Assembly (NCBI GenBank): GCA_003228115.1
Contig: QEVV01000007.1
Coordinates: forward strand, 166-64,165
DNA from: Chloroflexota bacterium
Lineage (GTDB): Bacteria; Chloroflexota; Dehalococcoidia; Lucifugimonadales; SAR202-VII-2
Direction of reading: 5' to 3'
DNA: 64,000 bases
Positions 38,283 to 47,314 of this stretch are shown here, in pieces (positions within the stretch are counted from its first letter, which is position 1; every line of letters begins with the position of its first letter). The position numbers were made by a program, and so were the translations under genes. The notes below the pieces were generated by a model. That model was not told where the DNA came from, made no database searches, and saw only the letters and a list, made by a program, of their open reading frames with translations.

Positions 38283-38415
38283 TACAGTTCGTCTCCGTTG
38301 CCTCTGGGGCTTGGGTTTGCACATCCGTGAGAGGGACACGCATCATAGGGTAAGTGATTGGGAGGGAGCAACGCGCCTCAAGGGTGGAAGTGGCAATACC
38401 AATACACAATACTTC

Positions 38416-38446
38416 GCACTATATTAGTTATGTCAACTAATATAGT
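38416..38446. promoter_or_regulatory. AT-rich 13-bp inverted repeat (candidate operator) in divergent promoter region
   Basis: The sequence reads cactatattagtt-atgtc-aactaatatagtg, with perfect arms. Confidence 0.45.
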
Positions 38447-38529
38447 GAACCGCTAGCCCCAGGTGTGAGAAGACAGAGGCCACCATTCCGCATGCTACAA
38501 TGAAAAGCCACCTTGCATCTGGTTAACCT

Positions 38530-39807
38530 ATGTTCTTATTCTTGCGTCTCTTCAGCGGTCGCCTAACCCAAGGCTTCATCATCGGCATTATTGCTGTTGT
38601 TGCTGCATCCAGCCTGATCGGCCCTCTCACGCTTGAGTACCGGACGTCAGATGCTACTCCTGTCCCTGGGGCGACTCCAACGCCCGTGGGCACTCTCGAA
38701 GACCTGCAAGATGTCCCAAACGATGTTGCTCCGGGACAAGAATTTGCAATCCTCCAGGAGATATATAACATCCTTCGAGACAACTCACTTATGCAAAGTG
38801 ACCTGGACTCGAGGGTGCTCCAAGACCAGACCATAGAAAGCCTTCTTAGTACTCTTGACGATCCCTATTTGCGCTACTCACCCCCGCAGGCCCACCAGAG
38901 CCAGGGCGAACAACTCGCAGGGGTCTATGAAGGCATAGGAGCTGAGGTTTCGCTGCGAGATGGCCCAGCAACCATCATTGCCCCTTATGTCGGCTCTCCG
39001 GCTGAACAAGCAGGAATTCGGCCCGGAGACGTCATTCTGGAAGTTGAAGGGCTACCCACCGAGGACTGGACTCTGGAGCAGCTGGTAAGCAATATCAAGG
39101 GTGAAGCTGGCACCGACGTTCATTTACTCGTGCTGCACTTGAATGAAGAAGTGCCGGTGCTCATCACCGTCACCCGGGGCGTCATCCCCATTGAGTCGGT
39201 CATCTTGACGATGGTTGGAGAGCCAGATGAAGGGATAGCCTATCTGCGCATATCCACCTTTAGCGATTCCACTCCGGGTCAGCTCAAGACCGTACTGCAG
39301 CAGACCATCGACGAAGGAGTTCGGGCCATCGTCATAGATGTGCGGTACAACCCCGGAGGCTTCCTCCAAGCTACCCTGGATGCGACCAGCGAGTTTCTGG
39401 CTGAGGGACTTATCCTCACGGAGGTCAACGCCGACGGTACGGAAACTCGTTTGGAGGCATCCAACGGAGGCTTGGCCACCGACCTGCCCCTTGCGATCCT
39501 TATCAATCAGTTCAGCGCTAGCGGGAGCGAGGTCTTCGCGGGCGCACTGGCCGACCATGGAAGAGCCAGGACATTCGGAGCGACTACGTTCGGCAAAGGT
39601 AGCGTGACGACATCTTCGTCGCTTTCCAACGGCTACGGGCTTAGCTACACACTGGCCCAGTGGTTAACTCCAAACGGAACGCTCATCGAGGGCGAGGGCC
39701 TGGAACCTCAAGTACCGATTGAGCAGCCTCACGAAATCCCCATCCTCTCCACCGGCGACCTGCAGCTCTTAGAGGCAATCGACTACCTGCGAGAGGTGCT
39801 GGGGTAA
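38530..39807 (+). CDS. ctpA: S41-family C-terminal processing peptidase
   Basis: PDZ domain ('PAEQAGIRPGDVILEVEG'), catalytic Ser context 'NQFSASGSEVFAGAL' and Lys context 'TFGKGS'. Confidence 0.9.
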   Translation: MFLFLRLFSGRLTQGFIIGIIAVVAASSLIGPLTLEYRTSDATPVPGATPTPVGTLEDLQDVPNDVAPGQEFAILQEIYNILRDNSLMQSDLDSRVLQDQTIESLLSTLDDPYLRYSPPQAHQSQGEQLAGVYEGIGAEVSLRDGPATIIAPYVGSPAEQAGIRPGDVILEVEGLPTEDWTLEQLVSNIKGEAGTDVHLLVLHLNEEVPVLITVTRGVIPIESVILTMVGEPDEGIAYLRISTFSDSTPGQLKTVLQQTIDEGVRAIVIDVRYNPGGFLQATLDATSEFLAEGLILTEVNADGTETRLEASNGGLATDLPLAILINQFSASGSEVFAGALADHGRARTFGATTFGKGSVTTSSSLSNGYGLSYTLAQWLTPNGTLIEGEGLEPQVPIEQPHEIPILSTGDLQLLEAIDYLREVLG

Positions 39808-39818
39808 CCCAGAGCGTC

Positions 39819-40283
39819 ATGCCTGAGTACAAGACTATTGTTTCGAACCGCAAGGCCTTCCACGACTACGAAATCCTGGATAAGGTTGAGGCCGGCTTGG
39901 TCCTCACCGGAAGTGAAATCAAGTCCATCCGAGCGGGCCGCGTGAATCTAGGAGACGCCTTCGCCAAGCCCGAGCGTGGCGAACTTTGGCTCATGAACAT
40001 GCACATAAGCCCCTACCCCCAGGCAGGCATCTACAACCACGAGCCCTATCGGCCTCGCAAGCTGTTGCTTCACCGCTCCCAGGTTGAGGATCTGGCCGCT
40101 CAGGCATCGCAGAAAGGCCTGACGCTGGTGCCGCTGAGGCTCTACATCAAGGACCACCACGCCAAGATGGAGATAGGCATAGCCCGCGGCCGCCGTCAAT
40201 ACGACAAACGGAATGTCGTTGCCAAACGAGAGGCCGACCGCGATATGCGCCGGGCCTTGCAGCATGCCGCAAGGGGCAGATAG
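39819..40283 (+). CDS. smpB: SsrA-binding protein
   Basis: 'NRKAFHDYEILDKVEAGLVLTGSEIKSIR'. Confidence 0.96.
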   Translation: MPEYKTIVSNRKAFHDYEILDKVEAGLVLTGSEIKSIRAGRVNLGDAFAKPERGELWLMNMHISPYPQAGIYNHEPYRPRKLLLHRSQVEDLAAQASQKGLTLVPLRLYIKDHHAKMEIGIARGRRQYDKRNVVAKREADRDMRRALQHAARGR

Positions 40284-40421
40284 CAACCAGCCTCGGCGGC
40301 ATTCGCCAATAAGCACCCCCACTGGACCGGATGCCGAAACCCCGCTAGAGACAAACCCAGGCACGATCGATCGGCCCATCGAAGCCGGACTCTGCCAAAC
40401 CCTTCAAGGAGCGATTGACCC

Positions 40422-41201
40422 TTGTCGAAACTACGGCTTCTTTCTTGGAACGTTAATGGTCTGCGCTCCGTTCTAAAGAAGGGTTTTTTAGAATGGTTCG
40501 CTGAAGAGTCTCCCGACATACTTTGTCTGCAGGAAACAAAGGCCGCGGAGGACCAGCTGCCTTGGGAACTGCGTTATGTAGAGGGGTACCACGCCTACTT
40601 CACCTCGGGCGAGCGGAAAGGCTACAGCGGCGTTGCCCTCTATTCAAGGTGGGAGCCCAAGAGCGTTGTCACCGGCTTTGGAGACCCGCGGTTCGATAAT
40701 GAAGGCCGCATCATCATCGCCGACTACGAAGCCTTCGTGCTGCTGGATATCTACTTCCCCAACGGCCGCTCTTCAGAAGAGCGGCTCGAATACAAGATGG
40801 CCTTCTACGATGTCTTCCTCAACTACATCGACGAACTGACTAAGCAAGGCCGCCACGTCGTCATCTGCGGTGATGTGAACACCGCCCATACAGAGATGGA
40901 CATTGCCAGGCCCAAGGACAACGCCAAGTTCTCAGGGTTCCTCCCAATGGAGCGGGCCTGGATGGACACGTTCTTTGGCCATGGCTACGTCGATACATTC
41001 CGGATGTTCAACCAGGAGCCCGGCAATTACAGCTTCTGGGCCGCTTTCGGGGGCGCCCGCCAAAGGAACGTCGGCTGGCGACTAGACTACTTCGTCGTAG
41101 ATGAGGCGTTCCGGGACAACGTGGCCAGCGCCTACATCCTGCCGGAGGTCATGGGGTCAGATCATTGCCCCGTCGGCCTTGACCTGGCGCTGCCGGACTA
41201 G
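40422..41201 (+). CDS. xthA: Exodeoxyribonuclease III
   Basis: '[11 protein letters not shown]...LCLQETK...SDHCPV'. TTG start. Confidence 0.93.
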   Translation: MSKLRLLSWNVNGLRSVLKKGFLEWFAEESPDILCLQETKAAEDQLPWELRYVEGYHAYFTSGERKGYSGVALYSRWEPKSVVTGFGDPRFDNEGRIIIADYEAFVLLDIYFPNGRSSEERLEYKMAFYDVFLNYIDELTKQGRHVVICGDVNTAHTEMDIARPKDNAKFSGFLPMERAWMDTFFGHGYVDTFRMFNQEPGNYSFWAAFGGARQRNVGWRLDYFVVDEAFRDNVASAYILPEVMGSDHCPVGLDLALPD

Positions 41202-41238
41202 AAACGCTGGTCCTTCGTTCTTTCGCAACGCACAAGGC

Positions 41239-41267
41239 CATTCGCTTCGCTCCAGGACGACAAGAGA
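41239..41267. repeat. 28-nt dispersed intergenic repeat (copy 2)
   Basis: cattcgcttcgctccaggacgacaagaga. Confidence 0.75.
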
Positions 41268-41342
41268 GGGGGCCATCTCCTCTGCTGACTGCCTTCTCGT
41301 CCCCAGGATTCATCCTCAAGCTAGGCACCCATGGGAATAAGG

Positions 41343-41372
41343 CACTTCGCTTCGCGCCAGGACGACAATAGA
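41343..41372. repeat. 28-nt dispersed intergenic repeat (copy 3)
   Basis: cacttcgcttcgcgccaggacgacaataga. Confidence 0.75.
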
Positions 41373-41404
41373 AGTCCGCCCTATCCGTCCTAGCCTTACC
41401 CCTG

Positions 41405-41413
41405 TGCTACAAT
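41405..41413 (+). promoter_or_regulatory. Extended -10 element (TGcTACAAT) upstream of ssrA
   Basis: It lies 19 nt upstream of the mature tmRNA 5' end. No good -35 is present. Confidence 0.4.
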
Positions 41414-41431
41414 TGAAGTCGGAGACGACGC

Positions 41432-41785
41432 GGGGACGCGCGGTTTCGACAGGGGGTTGCTCTCCTGGGATTGCAGGCCGAGGTGCCGTCGCCCTCGTAA
41501 ATCAGACGGCAAAAAATTAGCTGGCAACAAGCCACTAGCACAAGCAGCCTAATATAGGCTGCCGTCCGCCGCCCCACCCTATCTCGGAGGTAGGCGGCGG
41601 GCGCAATAAATTCGAGGTTGCGGCGTTCCGATGTCGATGAGAGCGCCTAAGCAAATTCGACTGGGGCCTGGGTGAGTTCGCCGGCAGCGGCGCACGGGCC
41701 GACAAATAGCAGCCGGCTAAGCCTGTAGTACATTTCAGCGGGACATCTTCTGGACGGGGAGTTCGACTCTCCCCCGTCTCCACCA
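41432..41785 (+). ncRNA. ssrA: tmRNA (SsrA)
   Basis: 5' GGGGACG...GGUUUCGACAGGGG pairs with 3' ...GGACGGGGAGUUCGACUCUCCCCCGUCUCCACCA, keeping the G3:U wobble. Tag ORF 41520..41552 encodes AGNKPLAQAA*. Confidence 0.95.
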
Positions 41786-41839
41786 TGAACACGGCATCGC
41801 ATTTGCTGGATTAGTTTTGGCACCTGACGGCTGAGGATC

Positions 41840-42448
41840 ATGGCTAGTCTCCGGAAGAAGGGGATTGGAGATGCCTTGGGCCGACTTCATCCAGGAAGTC
41901 GATATCTCAAGTCGGCGCTGGATAGGTTTGCCGTCAGCAAAGACCCCATCGACTTGTTTCACGTGGCCACCGAGCTTAGAGCACAATTGCTGGATGTTGG
42001 TCAGCGTCCATTGCTGCTGTATCTAGCCGATGAATTGGGGCTAGAACTTGTAGTGTACGGTCCGAAGCCGGGGCTCATTGATGCGTTCCAAGGCATTGTG
42101 GGACCTGGCAACGTAAAGCTTTTCCACCTTATCGAGGCCTATCAGTCGACGCCGGGCGAGGCCCGACCTTCGAGACACTCTTTCAAGGAGTGGCTGCGAA
42201 GTTCTCAAGCTATTGTGCACGGAGTCGAGCTGTCCCCTCTCGACATTGTGCGAGATGTTACTGCCAAGGAACGTGCTCATTTCGCGCCGTCCGTTCCACC
42301 GCACCTGGAGGATGCCAAGCAGTACGCAGTCGGCGGCCTCGCAGGTTATGAACACCAAATCTGGGCGCTCGCGCATATCGTTGTAGACTTGGACCGACAG
42401 GTTCTAGATGGTGCTGAAACAACTGGAGAGGTGGACTCAGCGGAGTGA
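41840..42448 (+). CDS. Hypothetical protein (202 aa), no recognisable domain
   Basis: ATG with GAGGA upstream. First gene after ssrA. Confidence 0.6.
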   Translation: MASLRKKGIGDALGRLHPGSRYLKSALDRFAVSKDPIDLFHVATELRAQLLDVGQRPLLLYLADELGLELVVYGPKPGLIDAFQGIVGPGNVKLFHLIEAYQSTPGEARPSRHSFKEWLRSSQAIVHGVELSPLDIVRDVTAKERAHFAPSVPPHLEDAKQYAVGGLAGYEHQIWALAHIVVDLDRQVLDGAETTGEVDSAE

Positions 42449-42663
42449 GAACTTGGCCCAGGGGTAGGGAGGAAGCTGCGGAACCTGCCCTCCCCCAACA
42501 AGTCGTTGGAGGTTATGCTGAGCGCGCGCCTCCCTGCCGAGACCCCGAGTGACCCTCGCGACCTAATGAGCTTTGATCCCATCTCCCAAAAAACGACCCT
42601 TCATTTACTCGGTCTAGCACCGTGCTATTCTTGGGAGCAAGCCATTGGAAAGGTGACCCGCCC

Positions 42664-43056
42664 ATGGAATCCATTTGTCAGTTCGCCCTTTTTGCCGAAA
42701 GAGTGGCCCTAGGGGACGCTGGCCTGGACATCGAAGGTGTTCACAGCGAAGCTATTCTCAGTGGCTTCCCTCGGCGAGCCGAGGGAGGCTTCACGAAGCA
42801 TGAGTTCAAACTGTTCATCGGCATTTATGCGGATGCAGGACAGCACACGCTTTCAGTCGCACTCCCTCCTACAAAACGAATAGCCTCCGTCACCTTCGAT
42901 ATAGAACCGCACCACAACAACCAGCTTGTCCTTGAGGTGGGTGCAGCATTCCCCATGATCATTGCCAAGAGCATCAATCGCTACCCACTTCTTCTTGACG
43001 GCGAACCCTTTGGAGAAGCTCACATGCGGTCGATTCCTGAGTACGATCCCAACTGA
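42664..43056 (+). CDS. Hypothetical protein (130 aa)
   Basis: ATG 42664 ('MESICQFALFAERVALGD...'). The track ORF starts 14 codons earlier at a non-ATG codon. Confidence 0.55.
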   Translation: MESICQFALFAERVALGDAGLDIEGVHSEAILSGFPRRAEGGFTKHEFKLFIGIYADAGQHTLSVALPPTKRIASVTFDIEPHHNNQLVLEVGAAFPMIIAKSINRYPLLLDGEPFGEAHMRSIPEYDPN

Positions 43057-43364
43057 AGGCCGGGCCGGACGTACTCCCTCTAAAAACGGCCCTTTGTTTA
43101 GTCGGCTTTCGGGCTAGCCAATCCAGGCAGCGAAAGGGAGTCGGTCCCCGGCACTAGCTTTGTTTAGTGACGCTGACGGCCACTTCCGCCCCTCGCACGT
43201 AGCCAAAAAGATAGCATCCAAGACTGACTCCAAAAGCCGTCGGAACTCCCTCGTATCGGCGACGACCCCAGGCGCGCTTATCTTGACAGGCCTCCCCGTC
43301 GTGCTACCTTATCGCCAACATAATGGATGGTACTCAGCGGATAGGCAGGCAAGGGAGATGAACC

Positions 43365-44261
43365 ATGCAAAACGGAAACGGGTCGGATGAGGAGACCCTA
43401 GAGTTTTCCTTTAAATACAACCCTCCGATGGATCCAGAGGCCGGCGAAAGGGCGCTCAAGGAGGCGAAGGAGATCCTCGATCCGTTGGGCGTGGTCTTTC
43501 TTCTTTCCTCGGGCACCTGTCTTGGGGCCATTAGAGATAATGGCTTCATTCCGTGGGACGACGACCTAGACCTGATCTCGATAGTCGATAGGAATGGCCT
43601 CACTGAGGAGTTGGTGGACAACGCGGTTGAGGCCTTCAGAGAGAAGGGGTATTTCGTCTACGCCGCTGGCGGCAACAGCAGGGATGTTCGGGCCTACTCC
43701 ATGATGAAGAACTACGTGAGAATCGGCTGGGAGTGCTACCGAATTGTCAATGACAGCATATCGGTCTATCCGGGAACTCAGATCCCTGCCACCTTCTTCA
43801 CGAATCCGAAGGAAATCACCTTCATGGGCGAGCAATTCCTAGTGCCCGATCCACCCGAGGAATACCTGAGACTAAAGTATGGTGAAGAGTGGATGATCCC
43901 CAAGGGACCAGGACTATATGAGAAGGATGTAGTCGACAAAATCCCCAGCGCAGACTTGATCGGACGCCCATGCAGGCTCAAGGTGCTCGGTGATGCGGGT
44001 AGGCCGGTTTCTGGCGCTGAAGTCGTGCTAGCCGGGGGAGGCCGGTTCGAGACTGACGAAAGTGGCTATGCCGAGATTATCCTGCCGGGTGCAGACTGGT
44101 ACGCCCTGACGATCAGATACCCGGGACACGAGCAAGTTCTCTACATGGAAGAAATGGATCCCGATAAGGTTTATGTGTACAGAGCGGACCAAGTAGCCAA
44201 CGCAGCTAGCAGCGTTTCAGGTCCGGTCGGGACGCTCGGTAGTCTTCTGTCAACTGAATGA
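43365..44261 (+). CDS. LicD-family nucleotidyl/phospho-transferase fused to a carboxypeptidase-regulatory-like beta-sandwich
   Basis: 'LSSGTCLGAIRDNGFIPWDDDLDL' is the LicD signature. The C-terminus reads 'LKVLGDAGRPVSGAEVVLAGGGRFETDESGYAEI'. AAGGGAGA lies 7 nt before the ATG. Confidence 0.8.
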   Translation: MQNGNGSDEETLEFSFKYNPPMDPEAGERALKEAKEILDPLGVVFLLSSGTCLGAIRDNGFIPWDDDLDLISIVDRNGLTEELVDNAVEAFREKGYFVYAAGGNSRDVRAYSMMKNYVRIGWECYRIVNDSISVYPGTQIPATFFTNPKEITFMGEQFLVPDPPEEYLRLKYGEEWMIPKGPGLYEKDVVDKIPSADLIGRPCRLKVLGDAGRPVSGAEVVLAGGGRFETDESGYAEIILPGADWYALTIRYPGHEQVLYMEEMDPDKVYVYRADQVANAASSVSGPVGTLGSLLSTE

Positions 44262-44354
44262 GGAGCGAGCAGCACCCGGTGAAAGGTACAGTCGCAAGCA
44301 GCGCGAGCGCTGGTAGCGAGTCAAGGTGGTCGGGCGAAAGGGGGGATTGAGGCG

Positions 44355-44650
44355 CTAAGCGGGCAAGGATGCCAAGGATTCTCCGAGCACCGCCTCAAAC
44401 GCCGCCTTAGGCCTGAGTGTGGCCGTTGCCTCTGCCCCTCTCACGTCGACATAAACCGCATCCAGCACGGTCTGCAGTAGCCTTCTCCTATCGCCCATAT
44501 CGGCAGCGGCCCACAGCTCCGGCAGCCCTTGTACGAGCCCCCCGGCCTCGGCCACCATATCAGCCTCCGGGACCACCAGCGAAGTCAGCTCGAACTCATA
44601 CTGGGCCTTCTGCCGTTCGTAAGCCGGTTCGTCAACTAGATTGTCGCTAT
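44355..44650 (-). pseudogene. C-terminal remnant of a large serine recombinase
   Basis: '...YERQKAQYEFELTSLVVPEADMVAEAGGLVQGLPELWAAADMGDRRRLLQTVLDAVYVDVRG...LRPKAAF' resembles the recombinase C-terminus. No catalytic domain is present. It abuts the 3' end of the MaoC gene. Confidence 0.55.
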
Positions 44651-45726
44651 AGGCTTTGCCCAGCCGCCGCCGCTATGGGTAGCGACACTACCGCCTCGCC
44701 TTGTGCGGCCCTTCGACGCGGCGAATCCACCCATAGTTCCAGTCCGACTAATCCGGCCCCATCTTTCACTTCAATGGAGTTCACTCGAGCACCACAAACC
44801 AAGGTGTCGCCGGGATGCGCGTTGCTCACCATGCGGAACGGTCCAAACTTGCGCAATTGGCCATCCAGCCCCATCCACCGGCGCAGAAAGATCTCCAGCA
44901 TGAACTCGTAACCTCTGGTGTTGAAAATGATATCGTCCAGCCCCTGAGCGTGGGCAAAGTCTCTATCATGGTGGATTCCCGAGAACATTCGGTCGGTGGC
45001 GACGCTCATGACGATCCGCTGGTAGTTGAGCCAAAGATTGTACGACGGCAGTTCGTCGCCTACTTTGACTTCGCCCCAGGTGATCTGACGACTCCAATCA
45101 ATGTCGATGTTCTCGACCGCGTCGCTCCCAACGACCTCAGATGAACTTGAATCTCCCTTGTCCTTTGCCCCCGATCCGCCCTCTGCCCGCCTGTCATACT
45201 GAAAACTCGTGTTCCGGCGTAGTGCGACCAGTTCCCCTGATAGCCTTTCGATACGGGTTTCGAAGGTGAGAAAGGCGCCCAATCCGAGCCGGGTCTCTTT
45301 TTCATTGACTTGGGTAAGCTTTGCCACGGATTGAAGGCGGTCTCCGGGATAAACTGAGCCGAAGTATTCGACCTCACTGGCGGCGTTGACCGTGCTGGAG
45401 TAAACCTTCGGCACCGCCATGTTCGTGCCGCCGTCCCTCTGGGGCTTGCCCGGACCGAACAGGGGAGGATCGCCGGGGCTCCAGTATGCTGGCATGGTCC
45501 ACAAAGGGATCATGGCAGAGGGCGCCACAGCCTTTTGGTACCCGTGAGCACGAGCGATGTCGTCGTCCGTGTACAGCGGGCAATCGAAGCAATAGACCTC
45601 CAGCTTCCGCCTGATGTCATTGCGAGAGACTTCATCGACTCCCACGTTGTGCTGCTCACGGCCAATCCAATTGCGCAATTCCTTAAGGGCCGAACTCCGG
45701 TCTTCTGCAGAAGCCTCACTTGTCAT
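44647..45726 (-). CDS. Double hot-dog MaoC-like (R)-specific enoyl-CoA hydratase/dehydratase
   Basis: N-terminal FAS1-like hot-dog plus C-terminal MaoC ('SGIHHDRDFAHAQGLDDIIFNT...'). ATG 45726 is preferred. Confidence 0.85.
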   Translation of the reverse strand: MTSEASAEDRSSALKELRNWIGREQHNVGVDEVSRNDIRRKLEVYCFDCPLYTDDDIARAHGYQKAVAPSAMIPLWTMPAYWSPGDPPLFGPGKPQRDGGTNMAVPKVYSSTVNAASEVEYFGSVYPGDRLQSVAKLTQVNEKETRLGLGAFLTFETRIERLSGELVALRRNTSFQYDRRAEGGSGAKDKGDSSSSEVVGSDAVENIDIDWSRQITWGEVKVGDELPSYNLWLNYQRIVMSVATDRMFSGIHHDRDFAHAQGLDDIIFNTRGYEFMLEIFLRRWMGLDGQLRKFGPFRMVSNAHPGDTLVCGARVNSIEVKDGAGLVGLELWVDSPRRRAAQGEAVVSLPIAAAAGQSL

Positions 45727-46104
45727 ATGCGCCTCGATCCTGTCCTTGTTGAGAATGCATACACATTTGCCCCTCATCGAACCCACCATTGAACATCAAC
45801 GAGCTATTGGCCATCAGGTGGGCAGCCGCATTATAAGGCCGGGCGGCCGGCCGAGAAATGGGCCATGGGCATCACCAGCCTCCCTACCCGTTTGAGGGGG
45901 CGGCTCGGCCTAGCGGGCCGAGGAGGCCATTTGCGTTAGAGCATGTAGCGGGACCGCGGCAATGGGCCACCGACCTTGCGAAAGCGAAAACGGCCAAGGT
46001 AAAGTAAGCCACCATCGCGGCAGAGACCATAACTCGCCTCGCGCCTTCGAAATGCCTCGAGACCAGTCTGGCGATGAATGGTCAACAAGGACGGAGCTAC
46101 GACA

Positions 46105-47310
46105 ATGACTCGAAAAGGTGACGGCGAACTAGCTATCGTCGGTTTGGGAATGGTCACGGGTCCCCAGCCGGGGAGGAGCGTCCGCCGTATCGAGGCGGAA
46201 GCAGCTCGCCTGGCCATCGAGGACGCGGGGCTCCGCCGCGAAGATATCGATGGCGCTATCCAACTCGCCATGCATGCAGGTAGTGGTTCAACCCCCTCAT
46301 CAACTGATGCCTTTCCAAGGCTGCTCGGCCTGCCGGTCAAGTTCTACTCAGAGACCGGCCGGGGCGGCGGCATTGCTGCCCAAGGGATCATGGCGGCGGC
46401 GCGGTACCTGGAGCTGGGCATTGCCAAGTACGTTGTGGTGGCTGTCGGAACCAACAACTGGTCCCGCGCTCGCAAGGCCCGGGACCAGCGTGCGGAGCGG
46501 GGCAACCCTCGTGCAGCGGGCAAAGAGAAGGAGGGCTACTGGGGAAAACCCTTCGGCGACCTCAGGGCGGTGAGCCATCACAGCTTCTTTGCGGCCCGGC
46601 ACATGCATGAGTTCGGCACTACCAGTGAGCAGTTCGGGCGTATCGCCGTGGCCATACGCCAATGGGCGTGTTTGAACCCTCTGGCCAAGATGTACGGTCG
46701 GCCCATGTCCTTAGAAGACCACCAAAACTCAGAAGTTATGGTGCACCCCTACCATCTCCTCGATAGCTGTCTTGTGTCTGACGGGGGCATAGCCTTCGTG
46801 TTGACCACCGCGGACCGCGCCAAGGAGGCCCAAAAACCTCCGGCATATGTGGCAGGCGTCGGTTTTGGTGAGGCCATTGAGGAACTTTGGTGGGACAAGG
46901 CAAACTACACTCGCCTGGCAGTGAAGACGGCAAAGGAACAGGCATTCTGGCAGGCTGGCATCGAGTTGAAGGATATCGACCACGCCTGGCTATACGACTG
47001 CTTTACTGCTGAGGTGCTGCTCCAGTTGGAGGACTACGGCTGGTGCGCCAAAGGCGAGGGCGGGCCCTTCGTTGAGTCCACAAACCTGGGTCCCGGCGGC
47101 GACCTTCCCCTCAACACCAATGGTGGTCTGCTTTCGGCGTACCACTATGCTGATATGACCGGCCTCTCGGAAGCGGTGACCCAGATTCGAGGTGAAGCAG
47201 GAGAGCGGCAACTGCCCAAGGTCAACGTTAGCCTGGTTAGCGGGCACGGTGGCGAAGTGGTGTCACCGGGCATGAGTTCTATGCACTCCACCCTAATACT
47301 CAGGAGATAG
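46105..47310 (+). CDS. SCP-x/thiolase-superfamily protein lacking the nucleophilic Cys (Ltp2-like aldolase candidate)
   Basis: Thiolase fold ('LAIVGLGMV...', 'NTNGGLLS...QIRGEAGERQ'). The nucleophile loop reads 'ETGRGGGIAAQG', with no Cys. Confidence 0.85.
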   Translation: MTRKGDGELAIVGLGMVTGPQPGRSVRRIEAEAARLAIEDAGLRREDIDGAIQLAMHAGSGSTPSSTDAFPRLLGLPVKFYSETGRGGGIAAQGIMAAARYLELGIAKYVVVAVGTNNWSRARKARDQRAERGNPRAAGKEKEGYWGKPFGDLRAVSHHSFFAARHMHEFGTTSEQFGRIAVAIRQWACLNPLAKMYGRPMSLEDHQNSEVMVHPYHLLDSCLVSDGGIAFVLTTADRAKEAQKPPAYVAGVGFGEAIEELWWDKANYTRLAVKTAKEQAFWQAGIELKDIDHAWLYDCFTAEVLLQLEDYGWCAKGEGGPFVESTNLGPGGDLPLNTNGGLLSAYHYADMTGLSEAVTQIRGEAGERQLPKVNVSLVSGHGGEVVSPGMSSMHSTLILRR

Positions 47311-47314
47311 TCTC

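Noticed and set aside
41786-44650. Intact integrative element with att sites flanking the tmRNA islet.
   Set aside because: I found no repeat of the ssrA 3' end, no intact integrase and no phage or conjugation genes. Only a recombinase C-terminal remnant is present.
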